Shown: one piece after another, positions 51,930 to 62,184 of the stretch
Layout: every line of letters starts with the position of its first letter
How positions within the stretch are numbered: position 1 is the first letter of the stretch
NCBI GenBank assembly: GCA_947085565.1
Contig: CAMTWZ010000006.1
Coordinates: 66,207 to 130,206, forward strand
Length of the DNA: 64,000 nucleotides
Origin: an uncultured Bacteroidota bacterium
Lineage (GTDB): Bacteria > Bacteroidota > Rhodothermia > Balneolales > HLUCCA01
Direction: 5' to 3'
Notes under the pieces: generated by a model
What the model was told of the DNA's origin: nothing
Database searches by the model: none
What the model saw: only the letters and a program-made list of their open reading frames with translations
Program-made: the position numbers and the translations under genes

Positions 51930-53186
51930 TTAGGTGTTTTCCAAAAAATAGGTCTGAACACGGTCTAAGAACAAAGCGGCATCATCGCTGTACATATCAA
52001 TCCGATTCCGATCGAAAATCTCCTTGCGGATGTATCGGACCGCCTCGGCATAGGTGTCGTAACGAGCAATATCCGCAATCGCCGAGGCATAGGCGCTTTC
52101 CTCATCCCCGAAAAGAGAGACGATGAACTCATGTTCCATATCCGACATCAATTCGAGGATGAGGGATGCCCTCGGGTCTTCGCTCGGATCCTTATTGTAA
52201 AAGTTCAGAATCGAGGGGGTTTCCTTTTCAACAGGTTCCTCTTTTTCGGCTTCTTCCTCACCAGGCATGAATCTCTGCCAGATCGGAATCACGATCGGCT
52301 CGGGGTCGATTTCAATCGGAGTCACGATTTCAGGTTCAGGTTCAGGTTCAGGTTCGGGCGCAATCTCAGGCTCTTCATCGATCACCGGTTCAGCGGCAAC
52401 TTCCTCCGCCACGACATCCGGCTCCGGAGCGAGAACAGCGATTTCTTGGATGACGTCATCTTCCAAGTCCTCAAAAGGTTGCGACAACAACTCGATCAGT
52501 TTCGATTTATCGACAGGTCGATCGAAATCCAAGAATTCGCGGGCTTCCACTTTCATGCCACGTTCGGCGAAATACGCGGCAAGTAGGTCGGGATCCACGC
52601 CATCGGGCATCAGTTCGAACATGGGGGAGAGCACTTGTCCCCAGTTCAGCGCAGTGTGATGCTCGGTGAGTTTGGAATCCACCGCTCTGAGGATGCGCGC
52701 GGCCTCATCCTTGCTGAGAACATCGATTTTTTTACGGTCCATGTAGCGAACCAGCGAATGAATGAGTTGCGGGTACACACCGGTTTTCGACACGCGCGAA
52801 GCCAGATGATCGCGGGTGAGGGAGGGAAGCGTTCCGTAAAGATAATCGGGCAGCGCGGTAAGCGGCTGAGACAGTTGATCGAGGATGTCTTCGATGCTGG
52901 TTTCCAAGACCGGCCGCGCATAAGAGATAGGTAGACGCGTTTCGGCCCGGATCGCTTCGAGGAATTGCACCCAAGCTTCTTGTACCGCATGGGCGTGCAT
53001 ATCGGCCCAATCGTTCTCTGGAAGAGTCACGGAATCGGCCAGATTCCGCTCTAGCTCCACTTTCACGCGGGCCACCACGAAATCGGGCCATCCGGCGTTC
53101 AATAGTTCGTTCAGGGTGAAATGGGAAAGGTTGTCGGGCAGTTGACCGACAAGCCTGTCGACGATGGATTGCAGTGGGTTTGACAT
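51930..53186 (-). CDS. hypothetical protein with central acidic Pro/Glu-repeat linker
   Basis: A 418-aa uninterrupted ORF, first in a co-directional run with the carboxyltransferase and rarA. I recognise no motif; the centre reads EPEIAPEPEPEPEPEIVTPIEIDPEP. Confidence 0.55.
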   Translation of the reverse strand: MSNPLQSIVDRLVGQLPDNLSHFTLNELLNAGWPDFVVARVKVELERNLADSVTLPENDWADMHAHAVQEAWVQFLEAIRAETRLPISYARPVLETSIEDILDQLSQPLTALPDYLYGTLPSLTRDHLASRVSKTGVYPQLIHSLVRYMDRKKIDVLSKDEAARILRAVDSKLTEHHTALNWGQVLSPMFELMPDGVDPDLLAAYFAERGMKVEAREFLDFDRPVDKSKLIELLSQPFEDLEDDVIQEIAVLAPEPDVVAEEVAAEPVIDEEPEIAPEPEPEPEPEIVTPIEIDPEPIVIPIWQRFMPGEEEAEKEEPVEKETPSILNFYNKDPSEDPRASLILELMSDMEHEFIVSLFGDEESAYASAIADIARYDTYAEAVRYIRKEIFDRNRIDMYSDDAALFLDRVQTYFLENT

Positions 53187-53225
53187 GATAGAATATACAA
53201 CCTTGGTGTGTACCTTTGGAACGTC

Positions 53226-53828
53226 ATGTGGCGTTTAACCATCTCAAAACTCACGCATTCTTTTGGCTCGAAACCGGTTTTCGAACCGTTGGAATTCGAT
53301 GCGGACATCCGCCGACTCGGCATTTCAGGAGCGAACGGCGCCGGAAAATCAACCTTGATGCGAATTCTCGCCGGATTGATGGAGCCCTCATCCGGCACCT
53401 TCGCATGGACCAAAGACGAAGTCTCGGTCGTGCCGGCCGACATCCGCCACAACCTCGGTTTTTCCGCTCCTTATCTGGGCATCTATCCGGAACTCACCGT
53501 TCGCGAGAATCTTGACTTCGTAGCTTCCTTGCGCGGATTGGGAGCACCGGAAGTGGCCACCGCCGCCGAACGTCTCGGGATGTCCGATTTCATGGAACAG
53601 CGTGCAGGGTCGTGTTCCTCGGGTCAGCAGCAGCGCTTGCGATTGGCCACATCCATCGTCCATTCACCTGGGTTACTTTTCTTGGACGAACCCGGCACCA
53701 ATCTCGATATCTCAGGGTTCGACACAGTGGCCGCACTCGTTAGAGATTGGCCCGGATCCGTGGTCTTGGCCAGCAATCAATCCGACGAACTGAGTTGGTG
53801 TTTGGAACGGTTGACGGTTGACGGTTGA
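53226..53828 (+). CDS. ABC transporter ATP-binding protein (short, CcmA-like size; no permease adjacent)
   Basis: Walker A GANGAGKST, signature CSSGQQQRL, and Walker B LLFLDEP. The last codons and the TGA lie inside the (CGGTTGA)n array. Confidence 0.8.
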   Translation: MWRLTISKLTHSFGSKPVFEPLEFDADIRRLGISGANGAGKSTLMRILAGLMEPSSGTFAWTKDEVSVVPADIRHNLGFSAPYLGIYPELTVRENLDFVASLRGLGAPEVATAAERLGMSDFMEQRAGSCSSGQQQRLRLATSIVHSPGLLFLDEPGTNLDISGFDTVAALVRDWPGSVVLASNQSDELSWCLERLTVDG

Positions 53829-53832
53829 CGGT
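53808..53832 (+). repeat. tandem array (CGGTTGA) x3.5
   Basis: Read directly. It encodes LTVDG-stop of the ABC ATPase. Confidence 0.9.
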
Positions 53833-53835
53833 TTT

Positions 53836-53934
53836 CACGCTTCCACGCTTTCACGCTTTCACGCTTTCACGCTTTCACGCTTCCACGCTTCCACGCTTTC
53901 ACGCTTTCACGCTTCCACGCTTTCACGCTTCCAC
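53836..53934 (+). repeat. tandem array (CACGCTTY) x12.4
   Basis: Twelve contiguous 8-nt units (Y pattern C T T T T C C T T C T C) plus cac, ending exactly at the ATG of the M29 aminopeptidase gene. Confidence 0.95.
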
Positions 53935-55035
53935 ATGGACCATCTTCTCGCTCAAAAACTTCTCCGCTTCAGTGTGAATCTTCAACCGGGAGAGAACATT
54001 CTCATCCAATTGTCGGGATTGAACGGCATCGGGTTGGTCCGTGCCTTGGCCGAATATGCGAGGGCGATCGGGGCGCATCCTTTCTTCAACATCCAGGATA
54101 CCGAAACGCAGCGCATCTTGCTCGAATCTGGTGACGCGGCGTATTGGGAGCGCCAGGCCCAGGTTGACGGACTCCCGCTCATGAAGCAGATGGATGCCTT
54201 CATCGGAATCCGGGCTTCGCTCAATATTTATGAATCGGCGGATGTGAACAAAGCGGCGAACAAGGCCTATGCGGAGCAGTATCTGCATCCCGTCCATTTC
54301 GAAGAGCGGGTGAAGCGCACGAAATGGTGCATCCTCCGCTATCCGAGCGAGGCGTTCGCGATGAACGCGAAAATGCCGACCTCCCGCTTCACCGACTATT
54401 TCTACAAGGCCTGCCTTTTGGATTACAGCCGCTTGCAGGAAGCCATGAAGCCCTTGGAAGAGCTTCTCCGCGCCGGAAAAGAGATTCATCTCAAGGGGGA
54501 AGGGACCGATATCCGCTTCTCCATCGAAGGTCAGAACTGGGTGCCTTGCTACGGAACGCATAACATCCCTGATGGGGAATTGTTCAGTGCTCCGCTACTT
54601 TATTCAGTGAACGGACACATCCGTTACGCGCCGACGGTGTATCAAGGGAAACCCTTCGAATTCGTCGAACTTCATGTGAAAGACGGAGTCGTGGTGGATT
54701 TCGATTCGTCAAACAATTCAGCATTGCGTGACATCCTCGACACCGATGAAGGCGCGCGCCGTTTCGGTGAATTCAGCTTCGGAACCAACCCGGTCATCGA
54801 ATTCCCGATGTATGACGTTCTCTTCGATGAGAAGATCTACGGGTCGAACCATCTCACTTTGGGACAGGATTATGACGAGGCTGCCAACGGTAATAAGAGC
54901 GCCATCCACTGGGATCTGGTCTGCATCGGTGCCGATGTGGTTTTGGATGGGATGTTGATCCGAAAAGGGCGCGAATTCGTGCACAAAAGCCTGTTAGGCC
55001 TTAATCCTAAGGCTTTGTTGGTATCAGGTGGATAA
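53935..55035 (+). CDS. M29 family aminopeptidase (AmpS/PepS-like)
   Basis: The N-terminus MDHLLAQKLLRFSVNLQPGENILIQ and overall collinearity fit the thermophilic metalloprotease (M29) family. The upstream 39 codons are pure repeat. Confidence 0.8.
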   Translation: MDHLLAQKLLRFSVNLQPGENILIQLSGLNGIGLVRALAEYARAIGAHPFFNIQDTETQRILLESGDAAYWERQAQVDGLPLMKQMDAFIGIRASLNIYESADVNKAANKAYAEQYLHPVHFEERVKRTKWCILRYPSEAFAMNAKMPTSRFTDYFYKACLLDYSRLQEAMKPLEELLRAGKEIHLKGEGTDIRFSIEGQNWVPCYGTHNIPDGELFSAPLLYSVNGHIRYAPTVYQGKPFEFVELHVKDGVVVDFDSSNNSALRDILDTDEGARRFGEFSFGTNPVIEFPMYDVLFDEKIYGSNHLTLGQDYDEAANGNKSAIHWDLVCIGADVVLDGMLIRKGREFVHKSLLGLNPKALLVSGG

Positions 55036-55112
55036 CTCGCAGTATGCGGCTTGATCTAAAATGACTACTTTGGAGGTTCGAGTCTATCAAATCTAACCAA
55101 CTGTAGATCATC

Positions 55113-58100
55113 ATGAACCTACTGCTACACAATCTCAAACGCATCCTTGCGATATCGCTGCTGACGGCGATGTCTTCGATGCCGGCAATCGCTCAGACCG
55201 GTGTCCTCTTCACCGAATATTTCAATTACACCACTGGTAGCCTTCTGACCGCCAACGGTTGGACAGCCCAAGCCACAGGCGCGGGAGTCAACGCCTTAAC
55301 GGTCGGCGAGTTTCCTCTCACCTATCCCGGTTATACCGGTTCCGGACTCGGAAAATCCGTGACTTTTGCCTTGAGCGGTGAGGATGTGTTCCGCACCACA
55401 GGTACGGTCAATTCCGGCAGCGTCTATGCGGCTCTTATCGTGAAGGTGAGCTCTGCGACCATCGCCGGAGATTACTTCTTCCATCAAGGACCTGAAGTCA
55501 TCGGTACCGCTTTTTACAACCGTCTTTTTGTGAAACGGAATGCGGATAACAAACTCGCTTTCGGGATCCAGAAAATCAGCGGTACGGGCACGGGTCAGAC
55601 GTACACCGATTTCCTTTACGATTTGGGCGGCACGTTCCTGATCGTTGTCAAATATGAGTTCAAGACCGGATCCGCAACCAATGATGAAGTTTCCATCGTG
55701 ATCAATCCCGTGGGATCTGCTGAACCGACCGTTTGGTCTGCGGTGAACATTCCCGGTAATGATGCGGCGAATATCGGAACGGTCGCTCTTCGACAAGGTG
55801 GCGCCACCACATCTGCCGGTGTGGAAGTCGGAGGAATACGCGTCGGTACCAATTATTCCGAGGTTGTGGGAAGTCCTCTGCCACCGCCTTTGAATGGAGT
55901 GTACACCATCCCTGCGGCTCCAAACGCACGTGGATTCGCTCTGCTTTCGCAAGCCGTTACCGCTTTGAACCTCAGTGGGGCTTCTGGTCCTGTTACCTTC
56001 CAAATCACAGCCGATTTGCTCGACACCAACGCGGTGATCACCATCAACCGTCAGGATCTGACAAGTGAAACCCCGCTTTACATCGTCGGTGATCCTGTCA
56101 CGATACCTAAAGTGCGTATTCGTCAGCTCCATAACCTCGGCACAGACCATGTTTACATCTTAGGCGCAGGATTATACGATGCATCCCCGCTCGACAAAGG
56201 CCCGGCTAACTCTTTGCGTAAATCCGTGCCTTCCGACAAGGAAGGTTGGAGCTCGAGAGGCAGCAAAACCACTCAAGAAGAGGATGATTATCCGATCGGA
56301 CTGACTTTCATCGCCTCAAACGCATTGGCGACCACTCCGTTCTTCCTGTGGGAAGGTGCCGTAGTAGGCAATCAGATCTCAGGGATTCGACTCACCATGA
56401 ATGGAACAGTGGGCACGGGCGCAACCGGCATACGGATCAACCGTCGTGATGCGGAGGGGGCCGGCCAAGGTGGAGCGAATCATGTGGGTATTTTTGGAGT
56501 GCAGATCGGATCACCTGAAGATGCTGGCAAATTCATGACAGGTATCAACGTTTGGGGTTCGTCGACCGGCGCATTTCCAGCGAACAACGTCACGATTTAT
56601 GGCAATGAGATTCACACCTCCCACCGTGGGATTTCAACCCAAGTGTTCAGAGACGGTTACTTCGCAAAAAACAGGATTTTCATCTACGGTAACGCCGCTC
56701 AAGCCACTCATGCCGGTATCGAAGTGAATACGCCGCTGGGTCAGCTGGTGATCGAAGGAAACGAGATTTTGAAGCTTCAGTCTGTGCGCTCCACAGTCAC
56801 TACGATGATCGGTATCCAGCTCACAAACAGCTTGAATGACGAAGGCATCTTTGTGTATAACAACATGATCGCCCCGAATTTTTCAAATACCACAGGTGCC
56901 ACAAACCACAACGTGTATGGCATAGCGCATACCGGTGCGAATACGGTGGCTGAAATTAATTTGTATCACAACACTGTGGAAGTGAACGCAACGGGTCAGA
57001 CCGGTGTCGTGGCCGCGCTGATTCAAACCACTGGCTCCTCGTCCAGTCCGTTCTATGTGACGAACAACCTCTTTGTGAACCGCACCACGGGTGGTTTCGG
57101 TGCCAGCTGGTCAGGCGCGAACCTGTTGTCTGATTACAACAACTACTTCGCAACGACGCTCAAACGCGTAGGTACCACCAACTACACCAACATCGCCGCC
57201 CTGAACGCTTCCGGTCGCGATGAAAACTCCGTTTCCGTGGATGTGGCATTCATCTCCACAACAGACCTTCGTCTGACGGGCTCTTCGTTGGGTGATTCTC
57301 GCTTGGCTGGCGACAATGAGGTGTATCTGGATTATGACATCGATTACAATTACCGCAGCCCGCTCGCTCCGTACATGGGAGCGTTCGAAGGTCCGGCGCT
57401 TTCTGTGATTGCAACCCGCTTCTCACTCGATGAACCCGTCTCCGGAGCGTCGATCTCGTTGATCGCCGGCACAAGCAGAACCATCGGTTCTTGGGATCGC
57501 AGCTATTCCACGGAAGCTTGGGGTACCATAGGGTTCGGCATGTTCAACGATGAGTTCGCTCATGGTGGAAACGGTGCCAACGCCCTGGGTAAATATGTCG
57601 GTTCCGACATGAATTCCACTGCTGTGCTCACATCACCCGTGCTTCAAAATGTCGGTGACCTCAGCTTTTATGCGGCCACTTACAATAACAATACCTCGCT
57701 TAAAATGGTTGTTGAACAAACCACGGACGGTGAGAATTGGTTAGAAATCGTGACGCTTAGAGCGGTCGTTGGTGGAACCGGTGATATCAATGTGGATTGG
57801 AAGAAATTCACTCTGGAATTGAATTCCGAAATCACCATGGTCCGCTTCCGAGTGATAGACTCGCCCGCTGGAGCCGTCTATTTCGATGATTTCACCATGA
57901 CTAATTACGACACTACCGAAGTGTCGAGCGTGGTTGAGAATTTCGAAAGCTGGACCGAGTTCAAGACGTTGCGTTACACCTGGCACCTCGACGCAAGCAA
58001 CGGAAATTTCAGCGCACCATTGGTGAGCCTTCTTTCCGATGACAACGGTCAGTCGCCAACGCTCACCATCGCGGATGCGGACATTGACGCCGCCTTGCAA

Positions 58101-58511
58101 GGTCTCGGCATCGCACCCGGCGCCACGTTCAACGGTCGTTGGACGGTAACCGCAAGTGTCGGGTCATATACGCGTTTTGCGAACGAGTCGAACACCATAT
58201 CCATCACACGCATCGTGAGCACATCCGTAGATCAACGCGAAGCCCCGCTCACGTTCGCTTTGAGACAAAACTACCCTAACCCGTTCAACCCATCCACAGG
58301 CATCCAATACAGCTTGGCTGAATCCGCGAATGTGACCTTGAGCGTGTACACGATCACGGGTCAGTTGGTGGCGACCTTGGTCAATGAAGTGAAACCGGCA
58401 GGGGTGTACAATGTGTCGTTCGACGCATCGCGCCTGGCTTCCGGAGTATACGTGTATCGGATCAACGCAGGAGCGTTCACCGAAACGCGCAAAATGACGC
58501 TGATCAAATAA
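55113..58511 (+). CDS. large (1132 aa) T9SS-secreted protein with beta-helix-like central region
   Basis: Signal peptide ..[11 protein letters not shown]-rich repetitive turns ([43 protein letters not shown]), and a [17 protein letters not shown]...MTLIK. Confidence 0.7.
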   Translation: MNLLLHNLKRILAISLLTAMSSMPAIAQTGVLFTEYFNYTTGSLLTANGWTAQATGAGVNALTVGEFPLTYPGYTGSGLGKSVTFALSGEDVFRTTGTVNSGSVYAALIVKVSSATIAGDYFFHQGPEVIGTAFYNRLFVKRNADNKLAFGIQKISGTGTGQTYTDFLYDLGGTFLIVVKYEFKTGSATNDEVSIVINPVGSAEPTVWSAVNIPGNDAANIGTVALRQGGATTSAGVEVGGIRVGTNYSEVVGSPLPPPLNGVYTIPAAPNARGFALLSQAVTALNLSGASGPVTFQITADLLDTNAVITINRQDLTSETPLYIVGDPVTIPKVRIRQLHNLGTDHVYILGAGLYDASPLDKGPANSLRKSVPSDKEGWSSRGSKTTQEEDDYPIGLTFIASNALATTPFFLWEGAVVGNQISGIRLTMNGTVGTGATGIRINRRDAEGAGQGGANHVGIFGVQIGSPEDAGKFMTGINVWGSSTGAFPANNVTIYGNEIHTSHRGISTQVFRDGYFAKNRIFIYGNAAQATHAGIEVNTPLGQLVIEGNEILKLQSVRSTVTTMIGIQLTNSLNDEGIFVYNNMIAPNFSNTTGATNHNVYGIAHTGANTVAEINLYHNTVEVNATGQTGVVAALIQTTGSSSSPFYVTNNLFVNRTTGGFGASWSGANLLSDYNNYFATTLKRVGTTNYTNIAALNASGRDENSVSVDVAFISTTDLRLTGSSLGDSRLAGDNEVYLDYDIDYNYRSPLAPYMGAFEGPALSVIATRFSLDEPVSGASISLIAGTSRTIGSWDRSYSTEAWGTIGFGMFNDEFAHGGNGANALGKYVGSDMNSTAVLTSPVLQNVGDLSFYAATYNNNTSLKMVVEQTTDGENWLEIVTLRAVVGGTGDINVDWKKFTLELNSEITMVRFRVIDSPAGAVYFDDFTMTNYDTTEVSSVVENFESWTEFKTLRYTWHLDASNGNFSAPLVSLLSDDNGQSPTLTIADADIDAALQGLGIAPGATFNGRWTVTASVGSYTRFANESNTISITRIVSTSVDQREAPLTFALRQNYPNPFNPSTGIQYSLAESANVTLSVYTITGQLVATLVNEVKPAGVYNVSFDASRLASGVYVYRINAGAFTETRKMTLIK

Positions 58512-58530
58512 AATTGGTTGGATCGAGCGA

Positions 58531-58558
58531 AAAAAGGGGACTTCGGTCCCCTTTTTTG
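58531..58558 (+). terminator. rho-independent terminator
   Basis: aaaaaggggac-ttcg-gtcccctttttt. Confidence 0.8.
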
Positions 58559-58589
58559 TTTCCATATATTGGCGGATTAGAATAGGGAT

Positions 58590-60815
58590 ATGCAGTTACC
58601 GGACCTCGACAAACCCAACGTACTCTCGGAAGTCCAAGAAAATGAGTTGCGCCTTCTTTTGGAAGTGTGCCACACATACATGAACTCCATCGATGACGAC
58701 CTCGTTTCACGTGCGTTCAGGCTGTCGTATGTCTCCCATTTAGGTACCATGCGGGCTTCCGGCGAACCATATTACCTGCATCCGCTTGAGGTCGCCATCA
58801 TCGTAGCCAAAGAAATCGGGATGGATGATGTGAGCGTGGCCGCAGCCCTCCTCCACGACACCGTCGAAGATACCGACATCAGTCTCGACGATATCCGAGA
58901 GCAATTCGGTGATACCGTGGCCAACCTCATCGACGGATTGACCAAGATTTCGGGTGTGTTCAAATCAAAGGGCGCCAAGCAGGCCGAAGCCTTCATGAAA
59001 CTGATGCTTTCCACCGCAGATGATCTGCGAGTGATCCTCATCAAATTCGCCGATCGTTTGCACAACATGCGCACGCTGCATCATCTGCCTCGACACAAAC
59101 AGACCGGCATTGCCACAGAGACCATCGAATTGTACGCTCCACTGGCGCATCGTTTCGGTTTGTTCAAGATCAAAAGCGAACTCGAAGACCTCAGTTTCAA
59201 GACTCTCGATCCGAACGGATACAAATTCATCGCACGAAAACTCCGCGAACGAAAAGAAGGAAGAGAGGAATTCATTGATGAATTCATGGCCCCGATTCGC
59301 GAACAACTGCACAGATCGGGATTCAATTTCGAAATCAAAGGCCGCCCGAAGCATATCTATTCCATCTACCGCAAGATGGTGGTGCAGCAGAAGCCGTTCG
59401 AAGAGATCTACGACCTGTTCGCCATCCGCATCATTTTGGATCCGCCTCATAAGAAAGAAGACTGCTGGCGGGTGTACAGCTTCATCACGGATTCCTACAC
59501 ACCGATACCGGAACGATTCCGGGATTTCATGTCGGTGCCGAAAGGAAACGGGTATCAATCTCTTCATACCACCGTGATTTCCAAGAAAGGAGTGAAGGTG
59601 GAAGTGCAGATCCGGACTCGGCAGATGGATGAGATCGCTGAAAAAGGTCTCGCCGCCCATTGGAAATACAAGGAAGGAGCGGACGGAAGCAGTTCTATTG
59701 ACAAATTCGTGCATTGGGTGCGCGATGCCATGGCCAACCCGCGCGCCGAGGCGGCCACCGACTTCGTCGAAGATTTCAAACTCGAGCTATTCGCCGACGA
59801 AATCTACATCTTCACACCCAAAGGGGAGCTCAAAACCCTGCCCAAGGGCGCCACACCGATCGATTTCGCCTTCGACATCCACAGCGAGGTAGGGGAGAAA
59901 GCATTGGCCGCCAAGGTGAACGGCAAGATCGTACCGCTTCGCACGAAATTGAACAGTGGCGACCAAGTGGAGATCATCACCGGCAAGCACGTGAATCTGA
60001 ATCCGGATTGGATCAACGATGTGGTGACCCACAAAGCCAAATCGCGGATCCGTCAATTGGTCAATCTCAAAGAACGCAAGCAGATTGAAGACGGACGTGA
60101 TTTGTGGCTGAAGCGCGCTGAACGCGACCATTTGGAGCTCTCTGATCAAGACTTGGTGAAGGTGGCCAGCAAGCTCAAATACTCTTCCATCAACCGGATG
60201 TATGTGGATATCGCCACAGGCCACTTCGAGGTGGCGCAATTGGCGAAAGCCGTGAAGGCGTTCATCAGCAAAGGTCGCCTGGAAGAGGAGAAGGCGGCGG
60301 TGAAGACCTTGGATGAAGCTGAGTTTCAAGACCAATTCCTGCGTGAAACCAGAAGCAACAGCGAAACTCGAGGCCTGCTGATCAACGGCCAGCTCACCGA
60401 CATCAAATACAGCTACGCGCGTTGTTGCAACCCGATTCCGGGAGATGATGTGATCGGATTCATCAGTCGGAACGGCGATGTGAAGATCCATCGCGCCTCT
60501 TGCAACAACACCCGTTACTTGGTTCAGAACGACGCCGATCGGATCGTGGAAATAGCGTGGCCAAAAATGCAGACCGCCGCTTACATGGGCGCGGTCCGAA
60601 TCATCGGAGAAGACAGAGTTGGTTTGGTGAACGACATCACAAACGTGATTTCCAACTCCCTGAGAACCAATATGAAAAGCATCAATGTGAGCAGCGATGG
60701 CGGCATGTTCGAAGGTACGCTCATGGTCATGGTAGAGGATATCTCACACCTCGAAAAAGTGATCCAAAAAATACAACGGATTCCCGGAGTCAAGCAGGCC
60801 TATCGGTTTGAATAG
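58590..60815 (+). CDS. rel: bifunctional (p)ppGpp synthetase/hydrolase RelA/SpoT family
   Basis: HD hydrolase domain (HPLEVA, LLHDTVEDT), synthetase domain (RPKHIYSIYRKM, YQSLHT), and TGS and ACT regions. Confidence 0.92.
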   Translation: MQLPDLDKPNVLSEVQENELRLLLEVCHTYMNSIDDDLVSRAFRLSYVSHLGTMRASGEPYYLHPLEVAIIVAKEIGMDDVSVAAALLHDTVEDTDISLDDIREQFGDTVANLIDGLTKISGVFKSKGAKQAEAFMKLMLSTADDLRVILIKFADRLHNMRTLHHLPRHKQTGIATETIELYAPLAHRFGLFKIKSELEDLSFKTLDPNGYKFIARKLRERKEGREEFIDEFMAPIREQLHRSGFNFEIKGRPKHIYSIYRKMVVQQKPFEEIYDLFAIRIILDPPHKKEDCWRVYSFITDSYTPIPERFRDFMSVPKGNGYQSLHTTVISKKGVKVEVQIRTRQMDEIAEKGLAAHWKYKEGADGSSSIDKFVHWVRDAMANPRAEAATDFVEDFKLELFADEIYIFTPKGELKTLPKGATPIDFAFDIHSEVGEKALAAKVNGKIVPLRTKLNSGDQVEIITGKHVNLNPDWINDVVTHKAKSRIRQLVNLKERKQIEDGRDLWLKRAERDHLELSDQDLVKVASKLKYSSINRMYVDIATGHFEVAQLAKAVKAFISKGRLEEEKAAVKTLDEAEFQDQFLRETRSNSETRGLLINGQLTDIKYSYARCCNPIPGDDVIGFISRNGDVKIHRASCNNTRYLVQNDADRIVEIAWPKMQTAAYMGAVRIIGEDRVGLVNDITNVISNSLRTNMKSINVSSDGGMFEGTLMVMVEDISHLEKVIQKIQRIPGVKQAYRFE

Positions 60816-60874
60816 GATTCGAAAAGTCGTATTTTCAGTCCAATAAAAACAACGGATTATCTACCAGTAAAGCA

Positions 60875-61195
60875 ATGACGTACACCAAACGCGATCTCGT
60901 TCGCCGTATTTCCGAGAGAATGGACATTCCCATGGTTCAAGCCGAACCCTGGGTCGACGCTGTGATCGAATCCTTGCGCGAAACCCTCATGGAAGCGAGC
61001 CCGACCTGCCGCATCGAGATCCGCGACTTCGGCGTTTTCGAAGTGAAAATGACCAAAGCCAAACCCAAAGCCCGCAATCCGAAAACCAACGAAGTCATCT
61101 ACGTTCCGGAGCATCGCAAAACGCATTTCAAACCAAGCAAGCTGCTGAAGGAATTTCTGCGTCAACCGATCAGCGATACCGTCCAATCCAAATAA
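60875..61195 (+). CDS. HU/IHF family DNA-binding protein
   Basis: 106 aa, with IRDFGVFEVK and ARNPKTNE arm motifs. Confidence 0.85.
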   Translation: MTYTKRDLVRRISERMDIPMVQAEPWVDAVIESLRETLMEASPTCRIEIRDFGVFEVKMTKAKPKARNPKTNEVIYVPEHRKTHFKPSKLLKEFLRQPISDTVQSK

Positions 61196-61201
61196 TCGGA
61201 T

Positions 61202-61615
61202 TTGGCACGCCTTCTGGCTGTTGATGTCGGTGAAGTCCGCTACGGACTCGCCCAAACCGACCCGATGGGCATCTTCGCCTCTCCGGTCGGTACATTCGGA
61301 GAAGCCGATCTGCTCAATCGCATCGGCCAGATCACCTCGCAATCGCCGGTTGAAGCCGTCATCGTGGGTTGGCCGATCACCATGAAAGGCCTCGAAGGCG
61401 AAGCCACCCGCCGCGTGGAGCGCTTTCTGGCGAAACTGGCCGTACGGTTTCCCACACTTAAGGCCGTACCTTTCGACGAGCGTCTCACCTCGGTGATGGC
61501 TCAACGTACCATCCTCGATTCGGGTGTTTCCAAGAAACGCCGCCAGGAAAAAGGCTTGGTTGACGCCATCGCCGCCACTCATTTACTGCAACTCTTCCTG
61601 GATCAACGCCACTGA
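61202..61615 (+). CDS. ruvX: Holliday junction resolvase-like nuclease RuvX (YqgF)
   Basis: LLAVDVGEVRYGLA N-terminus, VVGWP, DERLTS and DAIAA blocks. It has a TTG start codon. Confidence 0.85.
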   Translation: MARLLAVDVGEVRYGLAQTDPMGIFASPVGTFGEADLLNRIGQITSQSPVEAVIVGWPITMKGLEGEATRRVERFLAKLAVRFPTLKAVPFDERLTSVMAQRTILDSGVSKKRRQEKGLVDAIAATHLLQLFLDQRH

Positions 61616-61617
61616 CC

Positions 61618-62184
61618 ATGTCTGTCTTACCGATCGTTCTGTATAACGACCCCGTTCTGCGTGAAAAAGCATCCACTGTCGATGCCCTCACTCCGGAACT
61701 CACCCGACTCGTGTCCGACATGTTCGAAACCATGTATGAAGCCCATGGTGTTGGTCTCGCCGCTCCTCAGATCGGCAAATCCATCCGTCTGTTTGTGGTG
61801 GATGCAGATGTGATGGTCGAAGACGAGCCGGATGCCACCCGTTACGGCCGAATCGCTTATTTCAATCCTGAAATCATCAGCCTCGAACCCAAGCTCATTG
61901 AGTTCGAGGAAGGATGCCTGAGCATTCCCGACCTACGAGAAACCGTGAAACGCCCCGATGTGATCACGGTTCGATACCAGGATGCGTCGTTCACGACACG
62001 TACGGAGACCTATTCCGGATGGATGTCGCGCGTGTTCCAACATGAATTGGATCATCTGGATGGAAAATTGTTCATCGATCGAGTGGGCTCTTTCCGTCGC
62101 CGATTGCTTACCCGAAAATTGGATCTGATCGATAAGGGCTTGGTCGAACCCACCTATCCTTTTGTGCCAAGACCTCATGAGTGA
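61618..62184 (+). CDS. def: peptide deformylase
   Basis: GVGLAAPQIG, EGCLSIP and HELDHLDG. Confidence 0.93.
   Translation: MSVLPIVLYNDPVLREKASTVDALTPELTRLVSDMFETMYEAHGVGLAAPQIGKSIRLFVVDADVMVEDEPDATRYGRIAYFNPEIISLEPKLIEFEEGCLSIPDLRETVKRPDVITVRYQDASFTTRTETYSGWMSRVFQHELDHLDGKLFIDRVGSFRRRLLTRKLDLIDKGLVEPTYPFVPRPHE

Noticed and set aside
53836-53934. Could the 8-nt array (or the arrays at 5.4, 9.4 and 18.6 kb) be a CRISPR array?
   Set aside because: The units are contiguous with no spacers, the period is only 7-8 nt, and no cas genes are in the window.
53818-53934. The ORF-track start (TTG 53818) would give the M29 aminopeptidase a 39-residue repeat N-terminus.
   Set aside because: The extension is entirely repeat-encoded, and family-like sequence begins at MDHLLAQKLL (ATG 53935). 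It is kept only as an alternative in the contingency-locus finding.
55075-55084. GGTTCGAGTC, identical to the T-arm core of tRNA-Leu at 10713-10722. Is it a possible att remnant marking a 44-kb island?
   Set aside because: The match is only 10 nt, the flanks cannot form a T stem or acceptor stem, and there is no integrase. A single 10-mer recurrence in 64 kb on two strands is not improbable.
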